From Macrostomum hystrix (lineage: Eukaryota; Animalia; Platyhelminthes), in assembly GCA_950097015.1 (NCBI GenBank), contig CATNEN010000024.1, positions 2,418,001 to 2,482,000 on the forward strand: 64,000 bases of DNA. The letters run 5' to 3'. Shown piece by piece: positions 12,731 to 25,300 of the stretch (positions are counted from its first letter, which is position 1; each line of letters opens with the position of its first letter). The notes under the pieces are model-generated. The model did not search any database, was not told the origin of the DNA, and saw nothing but the letters and a program-made list of their open reading frames with translations. A program made the translations under genes and the position numbers.

Positions 12731-13661
12731 TGACCCATTTTTGTCAATCTCACAGGTTGCTTAATTATACAATCTCAATTCTTAGCTAATAAATTCTAAT
12801 ATCTAATTGAACTTGGGGACGGACATTCTACGGTAATTACGAGATATTCTAAGAAACATGGCCCTGAGGCGGACATTCTCCACCGAGCCTCTGACGCTTT
12901 TCCCTTTGTAGATTATCTCAGCCGCCGCATCTAATCTCCCCTCTCCGAAATCCTACCGCGTCGGATTAAAGATAATCCCACCACGGCGCAGGTAAACGTG
13001 GAGCATCCCACCCGGCCCTTCCCCTCGGCGACTGTCACATGATTAATTATCCCCCCTCTCAGATTTATCACATTCTCTCTGCGATTCGAGTGCTAGAACA
13101 GCTGACCCAGCTTTAACCAGGACAACGCCCGGCCCGAGTTCTAAGAAAGTCTGTCACCCACCCCACCGCCGGCCCTTCACCGTCTGACAAGTAGTTCGCC
13201 AGTAATTCGCGGGCCTGCTCTCTACCTGGGATTAATTAGAGCCCTCACTGTGAGACTCTCTATCTCTGGAATTTTTTTCACCTCTGAAGAGCATCCTCTT
13301 CTGGGAAGAAAATCGTGCGCGGAAACAAACGCGGCGCCTCCGCATTTAGGCGGCTGAACAAAGACAGAAGGACGCCTGGACTAGGCCTTCGAATGACTTA
13401 GGGGCGAGCACAGTCACCCGCTTCTCCTCTTATCCCTCTGCTAATCTGTTCTTGTGCAGCTCGCGTCACTGGCTGCCTCTGCTTCTCTCCCGCCTCGCCT
13501 AGCCCTGAGCTGCTCCGCTTGCTTTGTCTCCCCGCTTAGTCAACTCATGACTTCCCAAAGCCTCCGCGTCTACTTTTTACAACCAAATCAAACCCAACTC
13601 GAGCAAAACTTATCCCCATATTTTGTGACAGTTATCCCCCAGCATGTTTTGTCACAAAAAA

Positions 13662-14160
13662 TACGAGGTCTATCCGAAAAACATGTTTCGCTGTAGTATA
13701 CATTTCTAGTCCTGAGAAGGTTCAACGGAAGCGCAGAGCTCCTTGAAGGTGATGCACATCGTCTTCTTTGACTACAAGAAAAATTGAGGCCAGCCTTCAG
13801 GAAAAAGGCGTGATTTTTCACCACGACACCGCACCTGTGCACCGCGCTATAGAAGAGTGGAGGAGCTCCCGGAGTCCTGGAGCTGGGAGGTCCTGGCACA
13901 GCCACGCTGATTTCGCTCCAGCGGACTTCTATATATTTCCCAGAATGAAGGAGAGTCTTCGGGGTCAACGCTTCGCCTCTGTGGAGCAGATTAACAACAA
14001 TGCTTCATCAGCTTTGCGGCATCTGGCAACCGGCGGCTGCGATGCTGCCTTTCAACCGGCGCTGGCTAGAGCGCGTGGACCTTAACGACAAATTTGTGGA
14101 GTAACTTTGACGAGTTTTCACTACTGTTAAAGTTTTCAGACTTTCCTTCAAACGCCTTAT
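13662..14160 (+). mobile_element. Internally deleted mariner relic (C-terminal DD34D transposase fragment)
   Basis: A TIR-like start TACGAGGTCTATCCGAAA at 13662. Translation FHHDTAPVH...DFAPADFYIFPRMKESLRGQRFASVEQI matches mariner HDNAP.H / YSPDLAP.DF.LFP.LK..L.G.RF. The right TIR is only weakly recognisable (...CGCCTTATA near 14160). Confidence 0.8.
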
Positions 14161-14289
14161 ATTATTGCTTTTTGGAATAGCCCTCGAATTTATGAATTTC
14201 ATTATTTACTCACCCAGATCAAAAAACAACCGGTAGCACTTCGCTAGCACAATAGTCTAGAATTCGTTGTCCCAGATGTGCTCAGGAAA

Positions 14290-14720
14290 TATTCCCTAAT
14301 GTGTTCAAATATCCCTTGTCTCTATCATTTCCCCCAGTAATTATCCCCTCATTTTTCAGGTACAAGTCCACATCATTCCATCATTAAATATCCCATCAGG
14401 TGTTCAGGTACTCCCTATTCCCATAAGCCAGTCAGGAAATATCCCTTCAGGTATTCAAATATCCATATCATTTCCCCCCAGTAATTATCCCCTATAATTA
14501 TCCCCTAATGTGTTCATGTATCCCTTGTCACTATAATGTCCCCAAAAATTATCCCCCTAATGTGTCAAATATCCCTTGTCACAATCATTTCCACCCAGTA
14601 ATTATCCACTAATGTGCTCAGCTATAAATCCTCATCATTCCTTCAGAAAATATCCCCTCAGGTGTTCAGATATCCATCTAATGTCCTAATCCCATCGTTC
14701 CTCTAGAAGTATCCCCTCTA
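14290..14720. repeat. Degenerate low-identity tandem repeat (ATTATCCCCTAATGTGTTCA...ATATCCC motifs)
   Basis: Recurrent motif with irregular period. Confidence 0.55.
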
Positions 14721-15594
14721 GACTTCAGTTCTCATCCCATATGCAAGCAAGGGACAGGAGTGCAAATCTCATTGCACTATTTCTAGTTCTCTCTACCGCT
14801 GGCCTCCCATTTCTTATCTCTCCCCCTACTTCTCAATTCCCAGTGCTCCAATCCAAGCTTTAACTGTCTCCTGCAGAAATTTCCATTCCAGTAGCCTCAC
14901 TCGGAGCCACCATCTCCATCATGAAAATTGGTCAATTACAAATCCCCTTTAGCTACTGATTGCCCAGCTAGCAAGCAGCAATTATTCGGTAACTGCTTGA
15001 AGAGGCCATCCCCGAAGCGCTCTTGGCGCAGCTGCCGGTGGCAGAAAATCCTTTAAACTGAGCTGAACTCCATCGAACAGAGATTTGCTTGCATCGGTCT
15101 GATCAACCGGCTTCCGCGAATTTGAAACTCAATCTGAGCAATTTTAATAGTCGCTTTTAACTGACTCATTTTCTTGCAGGAGTGCAGACAGAAGTGCAGA
15201 CACGTTACTTAAAGTATATTTGTATGGATTTTAGAATAAAAATAGGAAAATAAAGAAACGCCAAGGGGACTGAAAAAATGATAAACAAGAAAAGTTTCAG
15301 AATTTGCGTGGAACACTACGAGTAGAAGCACTCTATGATTTCCCGAGAGAGTCAATTATCAGAGTGTCAGAGCCGACAGTTCACTGGCTGTGGATTGGCA
15401 GTCTGAAGCCTAGAATAAATTGGCTTCAGTAGAAATCTTAATTCGCATTATTTATATTTTATAATTTCGTGTTACACCATGCAAATCGATAGATAGACAT
15501 TCTTTACATTAATTCCTTACTTTTTAGATTGTGTAAGGATTAACTACAGCCTAAAAAGTTTTTTTGCAACAACCCAACCTCCGCCGAACCTAAC

Positions 15595-15800
15595 TAAAAT
15601 ATCAGCAAGTAAGACACCCACCCCACTCCGCCAACACCCCACGAAGATATCAGCCAGTCAGACACCCACCCCACTCCGCCAACACCCCACGAAGATATCA
15701 GCAAGTCAGACACCCACCCCACTCCGCCAACACCCCACGAAGATATCAGCCAGTCAGACACCAACCCCAAACCACAAACACCCCACGAAAAAGTAATCCG
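15595..15800. repeat. 48-bp minisatellite, ~4 copies
   Basis: Unit GATATCAGCMAGTCAGACACCCACCCCACTCCGCCAACACCCCACGAA; gives a 16-aa periodic ORF. Confidence 0.88.
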
Positions 15801-16367
15801 CAAGTCAGACGATGCCCATCCCAGCCGCGAGTAAATTAGCGAGGCTTACTTCAAGACAGCCGTAGTGCAGTTACAGGCAAATAGTAATACGTGACGCAGA
15901 CTATCGAAGTCTAATTTCCTTTCAGCCTTTCAATTACCATGAAACTTGTCATCGCGGTGCGTACAAATTTTCTCCGCCGGGCGACTTAAATCCCGGCCCT
16001 GTAATCCTAGGGTCTGGATTAATCCACCCTCCGATGACCTGCCAGCCCATCTCTCGCTTCTCCTTTTCCTCCTCTCCCCAAGAGGAGCTTTTGTACAGCG
16101 TGGCCAATCCTGTTAGACCTGAGCCTCATTCTGTGCGGCCTGGATAACCAACCCTATGCAGCCGTTAAATATGTGAAGCAATGTGGAGAGAAGGAACAGA
16201 GGCGCATAGAGACAGACAGACTGAACGACAGGTTGCTTGAGGAAGCAAGGCAGCAGCGGAGTCGAGATCAAGGAAAAGCAATAAAATAAGGAGAGAAAAC
16301 TCTATCAACTTTGAATATACTTGTATAACACACAAATATTAAGCAAAAGATAGATTGGTAAATAGAT

Positions 16368-19300
16368 ATGCAGAGAGTCGGAGCTACGTCGGACCGCCAG
16401 GCGGATGGTCGGTTGCGCAACAATTCAGCCAGACAGCGCAACGAGTTCTGTTGCTGCGGGCCAGGCAGGAAGCGCTACCTAATAGCCCTGCTGTGCTCAC
16501 TCGGTCTGACTGTGGTTATCGGCATGCGAGCTGAGATGGTGGCCATCATGGACTATTTGAACCGGCGGAGCAGCGCCAACTCCAGCTTCGTTGTTGGAGC
16601 AGCCGCTGCCGCGACCGCCTCAGCCGCCGCCGGTCCGGCTGACTCAGTCGTCGGTTCCGCCAAATCCGGCGGCGGAAGTGGCGCCTCTTCTGGGGCCGGC
16701 GGCAGCAACGGAATGTTTCAGCCCAGCACCCATCGCCAGATGCCCTGGCAGAACATGGCCAACGATCTTGTTGAGAATTCGCTATTCATCGGCTACCTGG
16801 TCGCTAGTCCCATAGGCGGCTACCTGACTGTGCATCACGACAGTTCGCTGCTTCTCGGCTGCTCAGTAGCGCTCACCTGCGGCCTGAACCTGTTCCTGCC
16901 GCTCGTGACGCAGATTGCTGCCGACATCTCCGCCTCCATAGCCGTCATTGTGCTGCTCCGCCTGCTGCAGGGCCTGGCCGAGGGCTGCCTCATACCTGCC
17001 GTGTTCGGCACCCTCCGCTTCTGGGGCCCGGAGACCGAGCGGTCCTCGCTGCTCTGCTCGGCCGTCATCGGCGTTTCCCTCGGCCCGCTGATCGGCCTGC
17101 CGGTCTGCCAGGAGATCGAGAGGGCCTGGGGCTGGGCCGTGGTGTTCTACATCTATGCAAACATCGGCCTGATTTGGTGCATCTTCTGGTGGCGCCTCAT
17201 CGACGAGAAGCCGCCGAAGGATCAGCGCCTAGGCAAACGGGAGCGCCAGTACCTGGAGGCGGCGGTTAAGAAAAAGGTCCTGTACGCCGACAGGAGAATC
17301 TGTGTGCCCTGGAAGGAGATTTTCAAATCCAGGCCGGTGTACGCAATCTTCTTCACCTACGCTGCCGACGACTGGACCTTCCAGATCAGCTCGGTGTGCA
17401 TGCAGAGCTACTACCACCAGATGTACAACACGGACATTGCGCGCACCATCTTCCTGCTGTCCTTCCCATTCCTGGCCCGCTCGCTGTTCGTACCAGTTGG
17501 TGAGTGAATTCTGAGATGGCTCCATTGATAGTCTATCGGATGATTGGAGGAATAGAATAGATTGCTAATCCATACCATGGATAAAGAAATAGAATGGATT
17601 GCTAATCCATACCATGGATAAAGAAATAGAATGGATTGCTAATCTATCCCATGGATGAAGGAATAGAATGGATTGCTAATCTATTCTATGCATGAAGGAA
17701 AAGAATGGATTGCTAATCTATCCTATGCATGATGGAATAGAATGGATTGCTAATCTATCCTATGCATGATGGAATAGAATGGATTGCTAATCTATCCTAT
17801 GCATGATGGAATAGAATGGATTGCTAATCTATCCTATGCATGATGGAATAGAACGGATTGCTAATCTATCCCATGCACGATGGAATAGAATGGATTGCTA
17901 ATCTATCCTATGCATGATGGAATAGAATGGATTGCTAATCTATCCTATGCATGATGGAATAGAATGGATTGCTAATCAATCCTATGCATGATGGAATAGA
18001 ACGGATTGCTAATCTATCCCATGCATGATGGAATAGAATGGATTGCTAATCTATCCTATGCATGATGGAATAGAATGGATTGCTAATCTATCCTATGCAT
18101 GATGGAATAGAATGGATTGCTAACCTATCCTATGCATGATGGAATAGAATGGATTGTAATTTTTGAAACGCTTGGAGATGTAAAATAATTCTTTCTACTT
18201 TCTACTGACAACAATAGTTTCAAAACAGTAATTTTCAGTCAGGCATACGCAGCAGCCCGTAATTTTCAGGAATGCAGGAAAATCGTCGATCTCTGTGACA
18301 ACTGCTGTCAAAACTGATTTGTGGGCAAAAATATTCTGAAACAGTTTTCTTTCTTAGCAGTACCGTTATGAATTGAATAGATTCACTAGGATGCAACTTA
18401 AATTTGATTTTTTCTCTGTCAGGCAGATGGGACAGAGAAGGCCTGGGCGGAATGAAAAGCATTGTCCGCTTCGGGCTCGGAAATTTCAGTTTTATATGTT
18501 ATAAAATAATCCTTGGAAGCAGAAAAAACTAAGTATTTTTGTCCAAAAAATTGACAAACATTTACTTTAAAATTGAAAAAAAAAATAATTTTTTTTTGAG
18601 CGAAAAGTAGCCCTAAAATTCGGGTCTGCATTTTAGAACAGCTGTCGGCCACATTATGTACCTCCTGGGCAAGCAGCATGGAATGGTCAATTGCAGTGGT
18701 TCGGACTAAGACATTAGAGATGAGAAACGAGAGAGATGAGCCAGGGGAGAGATGAGACAGGGGAGAGATGAGACAGGGGAGAGATGAGACAGGGGAGAGA
18801 TGAGACAGGGGAGAGATGAGCCAGGGGAGAGATCAGACAGGGGAGAGATGAGACATGGGAGAGATGAGACACGGGAGAGATAAGACAGGGGTGAGATGAG
18901 ACAGGGGAGAGATGAGACAGGGGTGAGATGAGACAGGGGTGAGATGAGACAGGGGAGAGATGAAACAGGGGAGAGATGAGACATGGGAGAGATGAGACAT
19001 GGGAGAGATGAGACAGTGGAGAGTTGAGACAGTGGAGAGATGAGACAGGGGAGAGATGAGACAGGGGAGAGATGAGACAGGGGAGAGATGAGACAGGGGA
19101 GAGATGAGACAGGGGAGAGATGAGACAGGGAGAGATGAGACAGGGAGAGATGAGACAGTGGAGAGATGAGACAGGGGAGAGATGAGAAAGGGGAGAGATG
19201 AAACAGGGGAGAGATAAGACAGTATATATATATAGAGACGCAGAAAGTTAGATAGCTTTTGCGCGCACTCGCTCGCAGAACAGTTGGGAGGGGCAGGCCA

Positions 19301-22300
19301 TGGCGGACTGGGGATCAAGTCCGATGGCCTGCAAGTCAGCCAACAGTGTGGCATTCAGCGTCACGGTTCTTCCTTGGCCGCGGCGCAGCCGCTCGGTCGG
19401 CTGGTGCAGGAGGACCAGCGCAAGCGGGTTTCGCTCGCCGCGACCGTGACTCCTCAGAGAGTGGCCCAGCTGCATCTGGCGGCGCCGGCGCAGGGTGACG
19501 CTCAGGGCCGGGACGCCGGCACGAACCATCAGATCTCTGGACGGCAGCCTCTCCGGGTAGTGCACGCCCAGGGCGTGGCGCAGTAGGGACCTGTACAGCG
19601 CGTCCAGGGCCTTCTCTCGCGTTGCGGTCATCGGCACTGCTTCCATGCCGTACAGGAAGATAGGCTCAACGGCAGCGCGGAAGAGGCGCACCTTCAGGCT
19701 GTCTCTTGCAGCAGAGTTGAAGACGTTCCTGAGAAGGTGCGCCGCGCGCCAGGCCTGATTCCTCCTGTCGGAGACGATGGAGTCGGGACTCATCACCAGG
19801 GAGCCGAGGTACCGAAAGTCCTCGCACACCGCGATGGCGTCTTCGTTGGGCAGATCTAGTGCCGGGGCGGTGTCAGTGCCCACGTGCTGCACTTCTGTCT
19901 TCAGTGAGTTGATCATCAGTCCAACCCGAGAGACAGTGGAGAGACAGTGGAGAGATGAGACGCGGGAGAGATGAGACACGGGAGAGATGAGACAGTGGAG
20001 AGTAGATTTTGGATGTGACCAAGGCCTTTGCGGGTGGTTTCTGGCTAACCGCAGCTTTAGCTGGTCATAAAGGTGCAAAAGCATCAATGAAGAGTATTTT
20101 TTGTCTTTAGTTACCAGTCATGCCACAATGCCACAAAAATGCGTTTGACACGGCAACAGTTGAATAATTTCAATAATCGAAACTAGAAGACATCGCCAGT
20201 TTCTGGCTTGTTGGTCAACGCATTTTGAATTGCAGCGGCTGGTGGCTATGCTTGAGCAGTTTGGATGTGTCTGAGCACAGTACCATGTGGTTTTTTCCAC
20301 TTCAAACTACGGGCCCTCACAAAAATTTATCCATAACTTCCACATCTATGCAGCATCTCAAAAGCGCTGGCATACCCCTTCACTCTTTTTATCGCGTTTT
20401 GGGGTATGGGCCCGGTGCTTCATACAGATAGGTGAATGCTTGTGTGTATGAGCGATGGCGCGCACACACACACACACACCATCTCGCATATCCCTCTGAG
20501 TGGAAAACCAGGCCAGCCAAAATACGCGGATCCCTGCCCATCTCTCTCTCTCTTTTCTATTTCTCCCATGCGTCTGCAGTACCACCAGAACCTGCGGGGG
20601 ATAATGAATGATGCCATTGCTGCTGCTGCTGCTTTTTTGTAGCGATCGGCTAGCCTGAAGTTTCCACCCTCCCCCCTCTATAGGGACAGGTAAGAGAGGC
20701 GAGACCAGAGTCACGGGAAAATGGAGAGTGAGGCCCGTGGCAGCGGTGCAGAAAAAATATCATGAGCACACATTCTTCGCGCAAAAAAAGGTTGTTAATA
20801 AATAATAAATCCTCACTGTTAAATTCGCTCATAAATGAAGTTTTATGGCTTTAGCAGAAAGTAACTACTTATTTATTTATTTATTTAATAAAAAAATAGG
20901 ACATATTTATCCTGAAAAAACTTTGGCTAAGCGTTCAAGCTGAAAATTTCTAATCTATTTCCGAGTATCTCGAATTTAATGAGTTGATTTTTTAAACTCG
21001 CGCGAAAAGTATAACGTAAAACAAAAACTTATTTCTTATTGGCTTTTTATTTTGTCAGTTTCTTGTGAATCAGCAATATTGTAAATATTTATATTAGTTT
21101 TAATATTGCAGTGAATCAAAGAATTGGTTTCTTTTGGTTTTTGTAGGAACAAACTCACTTTCGCTTGTTTTAATTCAGTGAATATGTCAGCCAGACAACC
21201 TGAAGCTGTGCTCAGTGCGGCTTTTGAGTCCGTGTTTGAGCATAACTATAGAGGCTAATTTATTAAGTGATGTGATGCTGAGAATCTGACAGATGCTAAG
21301 GAGTGTGTGCGTGTGTGTGTCAGTATAGACTGACTGACTTGCTTGGTCCGATAAGGGCCACGTGTTAATCAGCAGTGCATGCTTTAACCTGTCTCGACAA
21401 ATTTCTAAACACTTACAAGACCCACAAGATACCGTTTCACTGATAAATAATTTGCTAACAAATTTAGACTACCTTCCGTTGCTGATAAGTAATGGGGGAG
21501 ATAGAATGAGAGGGCGAGAGATGGAATGCGAGGGCGAGAGATAGAATGCGAGGGCGAGAGATGGAATGCGAGGCAAGAGATGGAATGCGAGGGCGAGAGA
21601 TGGAATGCGAGGTGAGAGATGGAATGCGAGGGTGAGAGATGGAATGAGAGGGCAGAGATGGAATGCGAGGGCGAGAGATGGAATGCGAGGGCGAGAGATG
21701 GAATGCGAGGCAAGAGATGGAATGCGAGGGCGAGAGATGGAATGCGAGGTGAGAGATGGAATGCGAGGGCGAGAGATGGAATGAGAGGGCGAGAGATGGA
21801 ATGCGAGGGCGAGAGATAGAATGCGAGGGCGAGAGATGGAATGCGAGGCGAGAGATGGAATGCGAGGGGAGAGATGGAATGAGAGGGTGAGAGATGGAAT
21901 GCGAGGGCGAGAGATAGAATGCGAGGGCGAGAGATGGAATGCGAGGCGAGAGATGGAATGCGAGGCGAGAGATGGAATGCGAGGGGAGAGATGGAATGAG
22001 AGGGTGAGAGTTGGAATGAGAGGGGAGAGTTGAAATGAGAGGGCGAGAGATGGAATGCGAGGGGAGAGATGGAATGAGAGGGTGAGAGTTGGAATGAGAG
22101 GGGAGAGTTGAAATGAGAGGGCGAGAGATGGAATGCGAGGGGAGAGATGGAATGCGAGGGTGAGAGTTGGAATGAGAGGGGAGAGATGAAATGAGAGGGC
22201 GAGAGATGAAATGAGAGGGGAGAGATAGAATGCGAGGGCGAGAGATGGAATGCGAGGCGAGAGATGGAATGCGAGGGGAGAGATGGAATGAGAGGGTGAG

Positions 22301-25300
22301 AGTTGGAATGAGAGGGGAGAGTTGAAATGAGAGGGCGAGAGATGGAATGCGAGGGCGAGAGATGGAATGCGAGGGTGAGAGTTGGAATGAGAGGGGAGAG
22401 TTGAAATGAGAGGGCGAGAGATGGAATGCGAGGGCGAGAGATGGAATGCGAGGGTGAGAGTTGGAATGAGAGGGTGAGAGTTGGAATGAGAGGGGAGAGT
22501 TGAAATGAGAGGGCGAGAGATGGAATGCGAGGGGAGAGATGGAATGAGAGGGTTAGAGTTGGAATGAGAGGGGAGAGTTGAAATGAGAGGGCGAGAGATG
22601 GAATGCGAGGGGAGAGATGGAATGCGAGGGTGAGAGTTGGAATGAGAGGGGAGAGATGAAATGAGAGGGCGAGAGATGAAATGAGAGGGGAGAGATAAAA
22701 TGCGAGGGCGAGAGATGGAATGCGAGGCGAGAGATGGAATGCGAGGGGAGAGATGGAATGAGAGGGTGAGAGTTGGAATGAGAGGGGAGAGTTGAAATGA
22801 GAGGGCGAGAGATGGAATGCGAGGGCGAGAGATGGAATGCGAGGGTGAGAGTTGGAATGAGAGGGGAGAGTTGAAATGAGAGGGCGAGAGATGGAATGCG
22901 AGGGCGAGAGATGGAATGCGAGGGCGAGAGATGAAATGAGAGGGGAGAGATAGAATGCGAGGGCGAGAGATGGAATGCGAGGCGAGAGATGGAATGCGAG
23001 GGGAGAGATGGAATGAGAGGGTGAGAGTTGGAATGAGAGGGGAGAGTTGAAATGAGAGGGCGAGAGATGGAATGCGAGGCGAGAGATGGAATGCGAGGGT
23101 GAGAGTTGGAATGAGAGGGGAGAGTTGAAATGAGAGGGCGAGAGATGGAATGCGAGGGCGAGAGATGGAATGAGAGGGTGAGAGTTGGAATGAGAGGGGA
23201 GAGTTGAAATGAGAGGGCGAGAGATGAAATGAGAGGGCGAGAGATGGAATGCGAGGGCGAGAGATGGAATGCGAGGGCGAGAGATGGAATGCGAGGGCGA
23301 GAGATGGAATGCGAGGGCGAGAGATGGAATGAGAGGGCGAGAGATGGAATTAGAGGGCGAGAGATGAAATGAGAAAAATAGGCAGAATGAGAGAGGGAGA
23401 GAGACTGGATGAAACTGAGATGCGTTTGAGAGAGTGTGAGATCAATCCAGACTGCAAATAATTAACAGTAGAAAATAGCTTATTCCTAGAACATTGGGAA
23501 AGTGAATTTGTGTTCGCTTGTTGCGGCATTATATTGAGTAAGTATTCTCAAAGTCCCGGATGCATTGGCAGGCGGTTTCCTAGCCGACTTCATCAAGCTG
23601 AAGACCAGCCTTAACTGGACTACAATCAGAAAGATCTTCGCCGGCCTTGGCTTCGGTCTCAAAGCATTCTTCTTTGTGGCGCTGGGCTTCGCGAATGACG
23701 CCGTGGTTGCAACAATTCTTCTTTCTCTGGCTCTGGGTTTGTGTCAGGGCTGATGGATAGTGGGAGAGGGACAGAGGGATAGAGGGATAGAGGGATAGAG
23801 GGAGAGGGAGAGGGAGAGGGAGAGGGACAGAGGGATAGAGGGACAGAGGGAGAGGGAGAGGGAGAGGGAGAGGGAGAGGGAGAGGGTGAGGGAGAGGGAG
23901 AGGGTGAGGGAGAGGATGAGGGAGAGGGAGAGGGTGAGGGAGAGGGAGAGGGAGAGGGACAGACGGACAGAGGGATGGAGGGAGAGGGAGAGGGAGAGGG
24001 AGAGGGAGAGGGTGAGGGAGAGGGAGAGGGAGAGGGAGAGGGAGAGGGAGAGGGAGAGGGAGAGGGATAGAGGGAGAGGGAGAGGGAGAGGGAGAGGGAC
24101 AGAGGGATAGAGGGAGAGGGAGAGGGAGAGGGAGAGGGAGAGGGACAGAGGGATAGAGGGACAGAGGGAGAGGGAGAGGGAGAGGGAGAGGGAGAGGGAG
24201 AGGGAGAGGGAGAGGGACAGAGGGATAGAGGGACAGAGGGAGAGGGAGAGGGAGAGGGAGAGGGAGAGGGAGAGGGTGAGGGAGAGGGAGAGGGTGAGGG
24301 AGAGGATGAGGGAGAGGGAGAGGGTGAGGGAGAGGGAGAGGGAGAGGGACAGACGGACAGAGGGATGGAGGGAGAGGGAGAGGGAGAGGGAGAGGGAGAG
24401 GGTGAGGGAGAGGGAGAGGGAGAGGGAGAGGGAGAGGGAGAGGGAGAGGGAGAGGGAGAGGGATAGAGGGAGAGGGAGAGGGAGAGGGAGAGGGAGAGGG
24501 ATAGAGGGAGAGGGAGAGGGAGAGGGAGAGGGAGAGGGAGAGGGAGAGGGAGAGGGAGTGAGATAAACGGGAAAGGAGAGGGATAGAGGGGAGCGGAGTG
24601 GGGAAGGGATAAAGATAAAGGGAGAGGAGTTAAGGGGAAGTTGAGAGGGAAAGGAAAATGGACAGAACGGAGAGGAAAAGTTAGGATAGAGGTGACAGTG
24701 AGGCGGCAGAGTCTGAAACAAGAATTTCACCGCACAAACTTTTCTGCCGCAATGCACCGCAGGATTCTCGGGGCTGGCCGTGGCGGGCTATGCCGTCAAC
24801 GTGATGGAGCTGGCTCCGAACTTCTGCGGCCTGGTGATGGGCTTCGCTAATAGCATCAGCACATTTACAGGTGAGCGCGGCGGTGGGTCTGTGAGAATGT
24901 CACGGCTAAAGCAGATTTCTAAAGGCTGAGGGCATGAGAATGAGAGTGGAGATTGGTGACAGGTTAGCAAACTAGCAAATGAGGACACACCAGCCACAGT
25001 GTTTGCTCTCCAGTTGAAGATGGATTGCTGACTGGCTTGGCAAAAACTGTTTCTTATGAAAGCTTTTGAGAGCACATAGTTCAAGGGATATTGGGGAAAT
25101 TGAAAACCGACGAGGTCTGGAGAATCGACGAGGTCTGGAGAATCGACGAGGTCTGGAGAGTCGACGAGGTCTGGAGAATCGACGAGGTCTGGAGAATCGA
25201 CGAGGTCTGGAGAATCGACGAGGTCTGGAGAATCGACGAGGTCTGGAGAATCGACGAGGTCTGGAGAATCGACGAGGTCTGGAGAATCGACGAGGTCTGG

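Noticed and set aside
14870-15110. Coding-looking minus-strand stretches (VDQTDASKSLFDG..., FHDGDVVAPSE...)
   Set aside because: Bounded by stops, and I found no consistent splice sites to join them.
23744-24757. 337-aa (LS)n ORF and (RE)n ORFs
   Set aside because: Translation of the (GAGAGG)n microsatellite.
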